Positions 13,673-26,559 of a stretch of DNA of 64,000 nt are shown piece after piece. Source of the DNA: Lingula anatina (lineage: Eukaryota > Animalia > Brachiopoda); contig CM120644.1 of assembly GCA_051362555.1 (NCBI GenBank), positions 24,202,534-24,266,533 of the forward strand, written 5' to 3'. The translations under genes and the position numbers were made by a program. The notes beneath the pieces are model-generated. The model saw nothing but the letters and a program-made list of their open reading frames with translations, searched no databases and was not told the origin of the DNA. Numbering within the stretch: the stretch's first letter is position 1; every line of letters begins with the position of its first letter.

Positions 13673-14946
13673 AAGTAAGTTAGACACTACAGGCTCGATA
13701 TCGAGAGGAGAAGCTGTATTTAGAATATTTCACTTTTTTCTAACTTTTGATAAGCACGTGTAAATTAACCTGATGTAAGAAAATACGACAGTAAAATAAA
13801 ACTTTTGTTGATATATCTTGAGTTCCGTTGTATGAGTTGTATTTAATATACTGAAAAAGAATATTTCCGAAACAGAAGCTATGTACCGGTACATGTAATC
13901 AGTGATGTCCCCCGGGTATTCCAGGGCCATGATCCACCAACGGTCCGAAATTTGTGTTCTTTTGAGATATAGCCGACTAAAATGAGTTTCACAAGTAATC
14001 TAAAAGTCCTTTTCACTAAGGCTTCCAACACATTGTGATTGTCTAGATTGAGGTTAGAGAGGCTACAGTGGACCAATCATGTGAGATGCATTATTATTGT
14101 TGGCCAGTCATTCAACTGGTAGACCAACATCGAAGAGACAATATTGTGATGTGGGATTTCTGATTTAAGCAGGCGGCTGTTGGCAAAATTATTAGCTTTA
14201 AAATCTAAGACCTTTACTTTAACAGGTCCCAGAAGATTAATGAGATATTAATGTTAACATTACGGTCACACCTACATGTACTATTGCAATGTACCTACTG
14301 ACAATGATGAAGGACTCATTAAAAAACGTTTACTTTTATTAATCGCTCGTTTAACCTTTTCGCCAAACCATGTCACATTCTTCCATTTACTTCAATGTAC
14401 AATCTGTGTTGGTAATGCGAAGTCTGGCAGATGTTCATGAAATATTAGGAATTTACATTTCGGAAATTGCATTTAGACTATCTATGGTTACGACTGGTTT
14501 CTTTAATTACTCTATAAATTTAAAAAAGTGGATTAATTATCTCCCATAAAATGTTGTCAAATAATACTCAGAAATGCTCATTCCAAAGTTGTGACTAGTA
14601 TTGAAAAGTAGGTATCTATGAGTGTCTGTGCGTGTTTTTGTGTGCGTATGTATTTGTGTGCGTGCGTGTGTGTCTGTGAATGTGATATATTCAAAAGCAC
14701 GGGGATTATGTGGAGCTAAATAATCTGCTCTTTACTCCATTTTTATTAATTTTTGCTTGGAAACTTGCATCAGCCAGGAAAAAAGTCATTTCGACTACTG
14801 CAAACCGACTGATGACCTTGTCATATAGATAAACACCAGAAACCCAATTAGACAATGATGTTCGGAAGTCCGGGTAAAATTGGGAAAGGTAGTTGTAAAT
14901 TTGGATAATACAATTGGCAATAATTGGCAATAAAATCAGATCCTGG

Positions 14947-14953
14947 TATAAAA
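14947..14953 (+). promoter_or_regulatory. TATA box of the secreted three-finger gene
   Basis: TATAAAA about 75 bp upstream of ATG 15023. Confidence 0.55.
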
Positions 14954-15022
14954 TACATGGAACCATAACTCGGATAAAATCATCACGTTGCTGTGACTGG
15001 AGGAATACTCGTTACAGACACC

Positions 15023-16402
15023 ATGACCAGAAACACGCTGTGTCTGCTTTTGCTTCTGGCAGTGTTCGGAGAGAGTTGGTGTCAACCAGGTAACAATACG
15101 CTGTCAGGTGTCTTTTTCTGGAATATAAGGCGCAGATCCGTAGCCAGGGTTCGGGGAGGGCGGTCGGGAGGTTCGAAAGAGACCCATATTGCCAGAAAAA
15201 AAAATCTCGTGGGTAAACTTTATCTACTTATAAAAAGGCTCCATGGTATAAAGTCCACTTTTTCAGAAAAAGAACCTCCCTTTTGGAAATGCTCGCTACG
15301 GGCCAACGTCAGATGAATCTCTCAAAATAGTTCAAATAATAAAAAAAAAAAAAGTTTTTTTTTATTCATTAAATCAATTCAGAACAATCGGAGTGATCAA
15401 AGGAAAGATAAATGTACGTTTTATTTTAAGTGTAGACCAAATATCTGTTTTCACTTCTTCACAGCAAATGCAGTGACTTTTTACATAAAGTTACGAAATG
15501 CTCCTGAAAGGCATATCAAATTAAAATCAGAATGCTAAATGTTTTGAGAGCTCACTTTTTTCTTAATTATCTGTGTTTCATAACACGGTAGACTAAGTAA
15601 AATGTATTGGCGCAGTATAGTCTCCTGCGTCGACCAGCAGAGACAGCAAGCTCCAAATCAGTCGAATCAATTGTTTTTGTCAATTTCAAGTGCCTCTGTG
15701 TTTCTGTTTTTAACAGTTCCAAGTCGACAAGCAATTTATCTACAATGTATATTTTGGATCGGAAAATTACTATTTAAAACATTTGCAGCTTTTTTGTGCT
15801 ACTCGTGTAACAGCGGATGGGGCGCATGCGCAGACAGTGGTCTCGTGAATCCTTCCTGGGTGGGCACTGAGCCTTGTCCTCTGTCGCAGCGCTGCTTTGT
15901 CAGGAGAGACCTGGACGGATGTAAGTGCGGGTCCCGCGAAACAAGTGTTATCATTTCAGCCATAGGCCTACTGATCGTATTGCACACTGTATTTAATGCA
16001 CCGTGCTGGCTGTTGTAGTGTGTTCTAAAAATAACTAAGAAGAAAAACATTGTATATGGATCAATTTAATCGCTCATTATCTCGACAATTATAAATCAAT
16101 ATAAAGATACAAGTACTAAAATAATAATAAGAATAACAGAAGAAAACAAGGTCGAAAAAAAGGCAAAGGAAAAAACAAACAAACACCTTTGTATTGACGA
16201 TGGCCTTCACCTCACGTTCTCTCGTGTTTCAGTCACGTACCGCGGCTGCGCAGATGGATTTCCGGGTCTGGCCAGTGCCTCATTGGACGAGAACGGATGT
16301 GTTAGCGGCCCTTTCCAATACACAGTGGATGAGTGGTGTCTGTGTAACACAACTCTGTGTAATGCTGGAGACTTTGACGACATGAAGGCGCCGTCAGTGT
16401 AG
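15023..16402 (+). CDS. Secreted three-finger (Ly6/uPAR/quiver-like) protein, ~122 aa, no GPI signal
   Basis: Exons 15023-15089 (signal peptide MTRNTLCLLLLLAVFGESWCQP), 15789-15920 and 16233-16402; 10 Cys ending WCLCNTTLCN; AATAAA at 16572. Confidence 0.88.
15133..15304. mobile_element. Short MITE-like insertion in intron 1
   Basis: Degenerate inverted ends GATCCGTAGCCAG...CTCGCTACGGGCC. Confidence 0.4.
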
Positions 16403-19400
16403 GTGCCTACAAAAGGCCGAAAAGTAAATGACATTAACGACCGAAAAAGATATGAAGAAAGCAAAAAAAGAAAAAAAAAAAAACTTTAGAATGAAATCCA
16501 ATTTTGATGTTATTTTGTTTGCTCGATGTCATTCAATGGTCAGGTTTGCTGCATAGCCTATGGATTCAATCAATAAAATCAGTTAAACTGTAATAATGGC
16601 GCATGCTATCTTAGCATTCAATTGTCAATGCGCCATGGCTTGTGCATGCTTATCCTGAAACTATACACAAACGTAAGGGAAGTTGCTTTAGTCTTGATTG
16701 ATGCCGAATAAATGCTGGAACCTTAATGGTGAATTTGTTTCGTGGTTTCAAATGATTCTAAAAGACACCGCATCTTTCCAATGTCAAATAATTAGTATCG
16801 TTAATATATAGTTTATCGTTTGGTTAATCATATATAAAATTGCAGCTACTTAGTGAGGTTTCTGTAATGTCAATTTGTAAATGTAGATACAACCTGCAAT
16901 GCATTTAGAGGTTAAGCGTCACTGTGCTACAACAGTAAACTTTAGCAAATAATTTCAGCCCACATGTCATTTTTTTTCATCAAAACCGCAGATAGAGCCC
17001 TAGATTGTGGGGATGCAGGGGGGGGGGGGGTTCCCCACACCCACTCCATAAAATTATTTTTATAAAGAGCTGCGTATGTTGGCGAAAGCGGGAGTCATCT
17101 ATGGTGAGCATAAGTTGGGAATTAATACACACTGATAAATCAAACTTAAATATAATGACTTAACGGCGTTTGTGTGCACACCGTAAGTAAAGAAGTGAGG
17201 ATAAAATTGATGAAATCTCCTCCCTCTTCGGGCGCTTTTTGTTCCTACCTTCTCTGTGGATGTAGCTCGCAGTGAATTCCCTCTGTGAATGCGATACTCT
17301 TCATGTTATGTGGAAATAGCTGTCTGTTTTTTAGACAGTAATTGCCCTGATTACTTTGAACTTGTGGTCCAGTGGTGAGTTGTCATTGGTCAATGTGACG
17401 CAATCACCTCCCTATTGATTTGCACCTATCGGAGTCGTGAGGCATGGTGTACATGTACATATGTTGGATTATGAACAAATGCTCAAAAGAGAAACTCCCT
17501 ATGTTGGTCAGCAAGTGCATGGTTATAAGAGTAATTAAAGTTTGTAACGATAGTTCTGGATGAATAAAAAGCGTTATTTAAAGCTAATTTAAGATTACAT
17601 AAAAAACAAAATTAATGTAAAAATCGACCGCGCCTGTCTAGGACACGCTGGATAGTGTGTGAGGTGACCCGCCAAAGCCAGCTGTTTGGCGAGGTAAAAA
17701 AAGCCAACATGTTGTTAACTCTGATGCCATGTTGTGTGAAGAGAAGCATGTGGACAATATCACACGGTATGACACGGCCGCTCCTAACATTGCCGTGTGC
17801 TGTTAAGGTACAGGTCCAGGCGTGGTCACACCAGGACTAACTTAGTATTTTTTTAGGGTCAGAACGCGTTGCCATACATTCAAATCTACCATGAGACGCG
17901 CATTAAACGTTCTGTGAGGCGTTGGTGTCGTATTTCTCTGTCATCTCTCCTCTTGCGCCTCTTTTGCCTTAAATGTAAATAAATTGTTTGATCGTCCGTT
18001 GATGCACATTCATCGTGAACTAGTGTTAATTTAAAACTGGTCAGAACACGTGTACGTTGTAAGATAGTGGTAAAATAGCGTGGATGTGCATTTGATGGAA
18101 TAGATGGAACGATGGGCCAGTGGATGTGATCCCAAGATTATTTAATGGATTCTAAAATATAAGTTTCATAGAAAAAGTTGGAGTTTCATTTACTGTCTGG
18201 GGCGGCAAATAAAAGACATTGAACAAAAGCCAGAGTACAGTGTGTCAACTTATGGCTTTTGTTTTATTTTCCCGATAATCTTATTGCTATTAGTAAATCT
18301 CTCAATGGGGAGTTTTTTTCACTCCTACCAATGAATTGTGTGATCACTATGAAAGCAAAGAACTCGACCCAGGTGCTGTATACACTGTTAAAGAACACAC
18401 ATATCCCTCTTACTGCCCATTAAGCATGTCTGGAGTGTCAAAGTTAGTAATGACCGCTGCGATCTGCAGGTAATCTTAAAAAATCTGTTTCACTCCCAGA
18501 TGGACGCTGAAGAGATATTAACTGACCAGGTAAAAAATGGCAAGGGTTTGGCACCCGTTTGCAAGAGTACTGAATGTCCAGTAATTTGTCAGGACTTGCT
18601 GTACACAAAAGGCCGAAATTCTTTGGTTAGACGACCTGGAAGCTTAGTAGCTCGCCATTCACCAACTATACATTTATATTTCGCCCGATCAAGTTTCCTC
18701 TGTGATACTTATAAGACATAAAGACATATCTTTCTTTATCGATATATCGTAAAACGTCATCCGTTTACTTAATACATTGTATTTAAGTGTTTTTTCCAGA
18801 TGTTTTGTAATGGATTTATCACTTCTGTGAATGTTTCGATTTTTTTATTTTGCTGATTTACCGATTGCAAGAAATAAGTAAAGTTGAATAGAGCAAGCAA
18901 AAGCACTGCAAGTTATTGAGTTCTTTAGACTCAACATATGTGGAACCTGTCACAATTACACACATAAATGATGTAAGTAATAAAGAACATTTTATTCTGA
19001 TAAAAATATCACCTCATTACCAGCTTTAAAGTCCCTGAATACTATTAGCATAGGTCGATGTGAACTCCGAGAGACAGAAATTTATCATTGTAGATATGAC
19101 ACGGCGTGGCTGAGAGCTGTATCTGGTTGTTTTATCAAGAACACAACAAATGGCCTGTCGTATCACATCTGGTTATATGATAAACGACAATCTGAAATAT
19201 TATTTCACATGCCTCTCGCCTATGCCACTATCAGCATGCGTCCGTGTCATACAAGTCGAACCCTAATCACACGGTTTGTAGCCAGAAAAGTATAAATTAA
19301 ACACATATATTGAAAAGATTGGAGGAAAACAATGTCAATATTAGCGGTTGATTGAAGAAAATTTATGACTTTAAGTCTCACCGCCGAGTTCAGTGAAAGG

Positions 19401-20044
19401 TTACGGCAAACATCGGATCACCCAAATAATTCCCCAAAATGTATCAATGTATCAATAATATAAATTACTTCATTTAATAAATTGTTCAATCATTAATACT
19501 GAAAATTGATTAAAACGATCATAAAAGTAACATTGAAAATTTGTCTGTTGACTGCTTTTTGCTTTGTCCATCAGTATCAAATCATTGATTAACTTATTGA
19601 TTAATTGCTACAAATAAACAACTTAATTGATTAAAGACTTACTTACTGCTCATCAATCCACCAACAATTAGGTTCAAAGTAACTAATTAATCAATTAAAA
19701 TAGTATTTATAGATTTGAAATGATTATTTCATTTCATTTAATACAATGAATCAATTGATGATAACTAAATAATGGTCGAAATTCATGTGCATGTTTCCTG
19801 CAATAGTGTACTGGTCATTCTTTCTGGATGTTCTGTCGAAGTTGCTAAAAATAAGCAAAGGTCTTGATATCCTGTCTTATCAATATGTACTTAACGTGCA
19901 CAGGAAGTATTCAAGCTGTTAAATATCAATGTTTGAATTACAATCAGTAGCATTGCAATGACAATAAATTAAAAAAAAGAAAAAAAAAAACAAGCTCATT
20001 TAAAAGAGATCTGTCACTCTTTTTTTGAAGCAGCCCTCCCAAAG

Positions 20045-20123
20045 CACGTGACTTGTAATCAGAGGTAAGGTGTGAGCTCAATATGCAAATTAGGGCGGCG
20101 GCAGCTTAGTTGTATATATATAA
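20045..20123 (+). promoter_or_regulatory. Core promoter of the Gly-rich gene: E-box, octamer, GC box, TATA
   Basis: CACGTG 20045-20050, ATGCAAAT 20083-20090, GGGCGG 20093-20098, TATATATATAA 20113-20123; ATG lies ~240 bp downstream. Confidence 0.55.
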
Positions 20124-20361
20124 GATTTGCTCAGGTCGTTCAATCACTGCATAGCCTTACTGCTTTCGTACAATCACATCTGTACGACTACTTTAGTGAA
20201 AGGAAGGAATAAGAAGATATCTGCTCGCGAAGCTTTGAAAATAATTTGTAAGTTGGCAGAAGCATCCTTTGGCGAAAAAAACGTAAATTTTTGCCAGAAA
20301 AAAAAATTTAAAAAGAAAGATTCGTAAAGATCAGGTATCACTTTGCACATTAAGAAGAACT

Positions 20362-23300
20362 ATGGAAAGCAAATTGGTAGTTTTGGCTGTATCGGTGGCG
20401 CTTTTTGCCACTGTTGTAGTGGGCTCTTCTTACACAGGAGGCCGAAGGCACGCTAAGGGTTACGGAAGTCACGGACACGAGAGTTACGGACACACATACT
20501 CCTACGGTGGGAGAGGCAATCGATACGGCGGGTACTCACAGGGAGGTGGATACGGAGGTAACCGTCACGGGAGCGGATACGGGGGAGGAAACCGCTACGG
20601 CGGCGGATATGTAAGTACTCACTATCAGGTCTATTGTAAAAAGAAAAAAATATATATAGATAAATCAAAAGATGATACCTCGGTTATTTCAATATCAGCT
20701 TAAACTCACTGAAAATTGGACACAGGTTAAAATATTGGACTGTTAATAATATAATGGAGTGTTAAAGGTAATATAGCTCTAAGTTTAAATGTCTTTTGGG
20801 TTACTCCAAACTGAACACTTTAGAAGGTTCATCAGTTCTTTAGAAAAAGAGAAAAAAAAATGCTACAGCTTATTACTATTGCATAGTTATAGATTAAAAT
20901 AATGAAGCTTTAATCACCTTGAGTTAAACTGGATCTGAAGAACGTATTTTTTATTGTGACGGTTATAAAAAAGCACCATTTATTCTGTATCTGCTATTTT
21001 TAACAAACGGCATTCATTTGGCCTTATTACAAAATTGCTGACATCTACTAGTAGATCTCTTGGTTACACTGTGGTTATTCTTCTATTTTCATGTAGGCAC
21101 AATTGTGGCAAATTAAAACCGGTCACGTACATTGTCTATCTCTTAAGTGACATTTTGAGTTAAGGACCAAAATGAACAACCTTGACTTACGCAATCATTA
21201 CCACCTACCAGCATATATTTGTTTTTGGTGGACATATTGGAAATTGTAAATAGAAGTAAATCATCTTAAACTAAAACTCATTATATGCGAGGTGTGAGAT
21301 ACGCGCACTTTTACGACCAACATGATAATTACTGGACTGTTACATTTGCAACTTAATGTGTTTAATTACAGTTAATTGAATTGTAATTACCTTGTGGTTC
21401 ATAAATGTCTTGAAAAACGATTTGGTCACCTTAAAGTAAACATTGCCCTAAAGAACCTTAACATACGAGGTCAAGTAATGGCTATCATCTGCATATATTA
21501 TTGAGTGATAACCTACTTTTTTTACATGTATGTATACTGTCTTTGTAGTGACAGTATACAACCTTATTTAGAACCGTTTTCTTTGTAATCATTTTAAGAC
21601 TTGGGCTATTGAAGTACACCCGAAGACCACCCAGAAAATTAAAAGACATTAAAGTAAAAACTGGTTATGCTGTGCCACACCCTTGTTGTTGTGTGTACAA
21701 ATGATCTTGGAATGGAACTACAGCAAAATGTTGTAAATGCCGTCTGAAAGAATAAACGTATTTCAGACAAGGCAGTTGTGATAACTAATGAATGATACAA
21801 CATTAAAACACGCCATTTCACTGCAGCAGGCTCCATTGTGTGTCTTAACTAACGTCAAGAAAATGATGAATACTTTTCTATTTAACCTATTGTTAAATTA
21901 CATGTGCCGGTTTAAAACCTAGCTTCCTGGCATAAAACAAACACCCTGTGTTTTAAAAAGGTTTAATATTTGGTGTCAGGGTAAACGGAGACGGTCACGA
22001 TTCCCATACAAAACATAAGAGCGAAAACCGAATAAAGTAGTAATATTTTTCTCCAATCAACAGCTAATATCAAAATTGTTTATCTGAGATAGGCCTACGT
22101 CAATGTCTGTCTTGAGTATTTTATTAAGGAATAAGACTATCCAAGTAAAAAGCCTCTATCCAAGTCATTTTATAATTTACCAGGGCGGCTATGGCAGCTA
22201 TCAGACATACGGCGGCCACGGGGGCGGATACGGCTCTAGCCACAACACCGGATACGGGTCTAGCCACAACACCGGATACGGCGGTGGACATTCTACAGGA
22301 TACGGCCGTAGCAACAGCGGATACGGACATCGCAACACCGGATACGGGTATGGCAACACCGGATACGGGCATGGTAACAGCGGATACGGTCGTGTCAACA
22401 CCGGATACGGCGGAAGTCACGGCAGCGGATACGGCGGCGGGCACAACGCCGGATACAGCTCACACAACAGTGGCGACGGATATGGCAACAACGACTATGG
22501 ATATGTTGGTAAGGTCTAATTTTGTTTAGAAATTGGATTTAGAATGAAATAAGATATTAATTAATTGGAATGATATATAAAAGTGAACTTTTTTAAAGGG
22601 ACTAAACGTGTTTTTCAACCTATTATGCTTGGCGTTTCGACCTTTGGCTCAAAGGGTCTTGATTGGATCAGGTGATCCACATAAAACTACCTTCCATCCG
22701 GTGTCTTCTCAGTCTTCCCCAGCTGTTGGAGGAAAGACCCCTGTGAGATTTGGTTTGATCCAGTAATCTACTTTAATGTTACCACCTCGCTCTTACCTGT
22801 CCATACCCACCTTTTAACAAACTGTCTCAGCAACAGAGGAGATCTTTGGGTTGGGTGTAATCACACAGCCGGTTACCTGGAGTAGGTCTGAGACCAGGTT
22901 TGAAATACACGACATTTGTCTTACCTTACGTAACACGGACAATGATGCGCTGCTCGACACCTTGGCTGCTCCAAACTGGGAAATACAAAGGAAAGCCTAG
23001 AAACCCGCCCCGTCTGGTCATTTCAAACTTAACAGAGGCCTTTCCTCAAATTTTGTAACATCTAGAGAAATCAGTGCAAGAGGGTGACATAAAATAACAT
23101 GTGTATGTTTTCACGCCAAACCCTGACCCCCCTCCTCCACCCGATCTGCAGTGGCCACCTACCTATCGGGGCGCACTTGGAGATATCAGTTAGTCATGTG
23201 ATCAATCCTGATGACGTCTTGACTTATGGGTAGCAAAACGTGTGTAGTCCCTTTTAGACAATTTAAGTGTAAATTGCATGTGGCACGTAGCATGTTGATT

Positions 23301-23613
23301 GGGTATCTTATAATTCTGTGTTAGATCTGGCTGTTGAGATCATGTGTAAATCACCCCTTCTTTGCCAGATCCTTGCTATGGCAAATACGACGGCGACTAC
23401 GAACTCTCAGGGTCCTGGACTGGACTATTTTACGGCGCGGATGCACGCTGCTTCTTCGTGAAGTGTTCCAATGGGATCAGCTGGCTTAGCGCGTGCGCAA
23501 AGGGTACAACCAATGATGAGCATGGCGCCGGGTTCTGTTACTATCAGGATCACTACGGGATCTGCGGGTATCCGTATCCCAACAAGCAACATTCTGGCAA
23601 TGCTGGGCACTAG
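20362..23613 (+). CDS. Secreted Gly/Tyr/His-rich structural protein with C-terminal chitin-binding type-2 (peritrophin-A/CBM14) domain, ~272 aa
   Basis: Exons 20362-20610 (signal peptide + GGY repeats, phase 0), 22184-22508 (xxNTGYG repeats, phase 1) and 23369-23613 (C-x24-C-x4-C-x9-C-x13-C-x8-C, stop TAG); AATAAA at 23715. Confidence 0.85.
22597..23252. mobile_element. Kolobok-like non-autonomous element (656 bp), intronic
   Basis: TTAA|AGGGACTA...TAGTCCCT|TTTA; ends match at about 22 of 29 positions as inverted repeats. Confidence 0.65.
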
Positions 23614-24010
23614 CACAAGCGATGAACACATAAATATTGCTACATAGACTGCTTGAACAACATGCCTATATTGTCCTAACGGCAAAATATTAACGTATAA
23701 GCGTTCTTACAGGAAATAAATAATGAATGAGAAAATACTTTGGAGAGACTTAGGTGAAACTGGGAAAACTCAGCAGCAAGAGACCACGAAGGACAGCGTG
23801 GTGTATCTATGGAAAACGTGACCAAACATTATGTGCAATGCAGTGAAAGGATCATCTGCCTGGATTGTATTTGCGAAATTCCTAAAAAGAAAAAAAAATG
23901 CGCGCAATACACCTTTCAGGGATCGCTTTTGTGTACTGCTCAGCTGTCACTCACTGCGCATGCGCGACGTTGTCACCCACGTGGTCTCTTATCTGCTTCC
24001 CTTTTCTCAG

Positions 24011-24189
24011 TTCCAGGCGCCTACTGCAACTACGCCGGGGAGTACCAGCCCATGCCGGGAGACCAGGGGATGTTTATTCAGTGTGACGAGATTTTCCGAC
24101 CCAGGGCTCAGAAATGCGCCCCGGCGACCAAGTGGTGTCAGGCCTACTTTGTGTGTATCAACCTCTACGACTCCTGTCCGAGTTTCTAG
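24011..24189 (+). CDS. Alternative terminal exon of the Gly-rich gene, encoding an atypical chitin-binding type-2 domain
   Basis: Strong pyrimidine tract + CAG at 24010, phase-1 entry compatible with the donor at 22508; encodes VPGAYCNYAGEYQPMPGDQGMFIQCDEIFRPRAQKCAPATKWCQAYFVCINLYDSCPSF*; own AATAAA at 24736. Confidence 0.7.
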
Positions 24190-26559
24190 GAGGACTCACG
24201 GCCGCCAGATGTCACTGTAGTAGTAGCAACAGACTGTAGATTGGGCGTGTCTTGTGGCAGATGTTTTTGTTTGATTGAGGGTGAGGTCGTTTCATACTGT
24301 GACGTTTTTGGTTTTACAAGTGGAGGTGTCTGTCGAAAATATGTAAGGCGTAAAATCAGAGACTAGGAGCAGATTTCTGTAAAAATCCATCTGTTTCACT
24401 TTTTCACGTGTGGTCACATTACATGTTTTAATGTAAAAGATCAAATTTTGTCTACATTGACAGATTGAGTCAAGACTCTATCAACTGTAGGACAGAGATA
24501 TGGCCGTAAGTTGCAGGACACGTACTTTCTGTGTAAAAAAGCCTCTTGAAAATGAACATTATAAGCTACAATTCACGTCCAGTCTACATTGTACACTGCA
24601 CAACTTCACAATGTCGTTTTCTCTGTCTCAAAAAAGGAAGGAACTGATATGTCTCAATTTTCTTCTTTGGTGACATTTTGTCCTTACACATGTTGAATTA
24701 TTGTTCGCTGTTACGCTTTTTTTTTTTTTTTTGTAAATAAAGACATTACATTCAAGAATAACGGTGTCTTTGTATACATATTATATACACTGTACTACAT
24801 ACATGATGAATTACAATAGAGCGCTTTATCATATGGAAAAAACGTGGTGTTCAACTTTGATTGTAGCGCAAATGCTGTTCGTTTCATAAATATTGGATTC
24901 GATGGACGTTGCCGTATATAATCTAATATAGGGACTGAAAATTTGATTCCCTTTAACTCGTGTCGAAGGGCGATTCTCTTTTATATCACTATCAGGCCTA
25001 CCCAACTACCAGACTCGGCACCGAATGATCCTGAATTCGCCGGTAGATCAGAACACACTACCCGTTTTCAAGGTGTGTGTCAGATCACATTACACGCTAC
25101 CCGCTGTATTTGTCTCTAATGAGATTATTACCAAAAAAAAAAAAAAAAGGTTTATTTTGGATGTCTAACAGATTCATTGAACATTGATAAGTATGGGAAA
25201 ACTGGCATTTAGGCCAGAAATCCATTTTTGCCAAGCTTAAGATGAACAGTTTTTATCCCTTTAATAAATGCGTTCATGAGCGACAACTTTAGATATCCGT
25301 AAATACCGCCGACAGACTAGTTTTACGTTATTTCATGTTCATTAAAAATACACTCCATGGAATTTACCCTCCAAATCGGATTTTCACCGGAAAATAAGCA
25401 ATTTTCCTGAACTCTGGAATCATCCATCTATCCCCTTTTTACTTGGATTCTAATTGGATTCGTGGTGATATTTATTGAGGTTGATTTTATCTTTTGATGA
25501 CTGACCAGTAATTACATGTACAACAGCAGCCACTTCCTATACGCTCCAATATCAATATCATATATAAGCCCTACAAAAAATTATTAATTTTTTATAAGAC
25601 GCTGTGGAAAACAAAAATAAGCATTTAGGGAATTTTTTAAAACCCATGGGGTGTACCTTTGAGCATGTACTGGTAAAACGGGCCTAGCAGCTAGATTTTA
25701 GTCTTGTTTGCCTTGGGGTGTGTTTAAATCCATGTTTTGGGCAATATTTGTGAATAATAATAAGAAGAAGTGTTTAATTTAGGTCAGTTGGGATTTTTCA
25801 CTAATTAAGCCAAAGTGTTATATATTTCTTTCATTAAAAATAGACGTAAAGATTTTAACATTTTCTCAGATTTCGATCTCGTAACTCATCCATTTTGTCG
25901 GGCCAAAAGTATCAGTTTACTCCTGAAGACTCACCTTTATTTCTTTCTTCTGTTTTAATTTTTAAACATCAGTTTATTACATTCATAAAATTAAATCAAT
26001 TTTCACATTCATTCTGCAGCTTATAGATGTATAGGCGGCAGATTTCATATAGTCGCGTATGTTCCCTAAAGGTATGCCTGCAGCAATGAGACATTTGGTG
26101 CACAGGGTCGCCTAAAGCAATACATCCATCTGAAACTCTACATACTGGAATATGTATACCAGATCTATCAGAACAAGAGGAAGTCCATGTCACTTCTAAT
26201 TAAACCGTCCTAACTACCCACAATGTATTCAGAAACCTATAGCGGTAGAAATATTATGGCCGAATCATAGACTGTATCAAATGCTTCCACAAAAACGTAC
26301 CACGGCAGTAAAATGGATGGTGCCGCGTGGAATGTAGTCAATGACGACCTGCCTGAAGCTAAACCTCAAACAACGGAACCCAGCACGACCCGCTGTAAAT
26401 ACTGCCATTAAAATAGTAGAAAACACGTCGCAAATATTCACACACGAGCGCAGTAAACAGGTGTTCAGATAGTCCACCTTTCGACTGCTTCTGTCCTTAG
26501 TTCAATTTACACAAAGTTTCCTAATCTGAACTCCCGATTTCCCGCGTCCAGAGGTCATA

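Noticed and set aside
19081-19183. Degenerate palindrome TTTATCAT...ATGATAAA as a structured RNA
   Set aside because: The arms are gapped and mismatched; it is most likely an old hairpin repeat, with no support for an RNA gene.
22124-22529. Overlapping Ala/Thr-, Val/Ser- and Pro/Tyr-rich ORFs
   Set aside because: These are shadow frames of the GGATACGG repeat exon.
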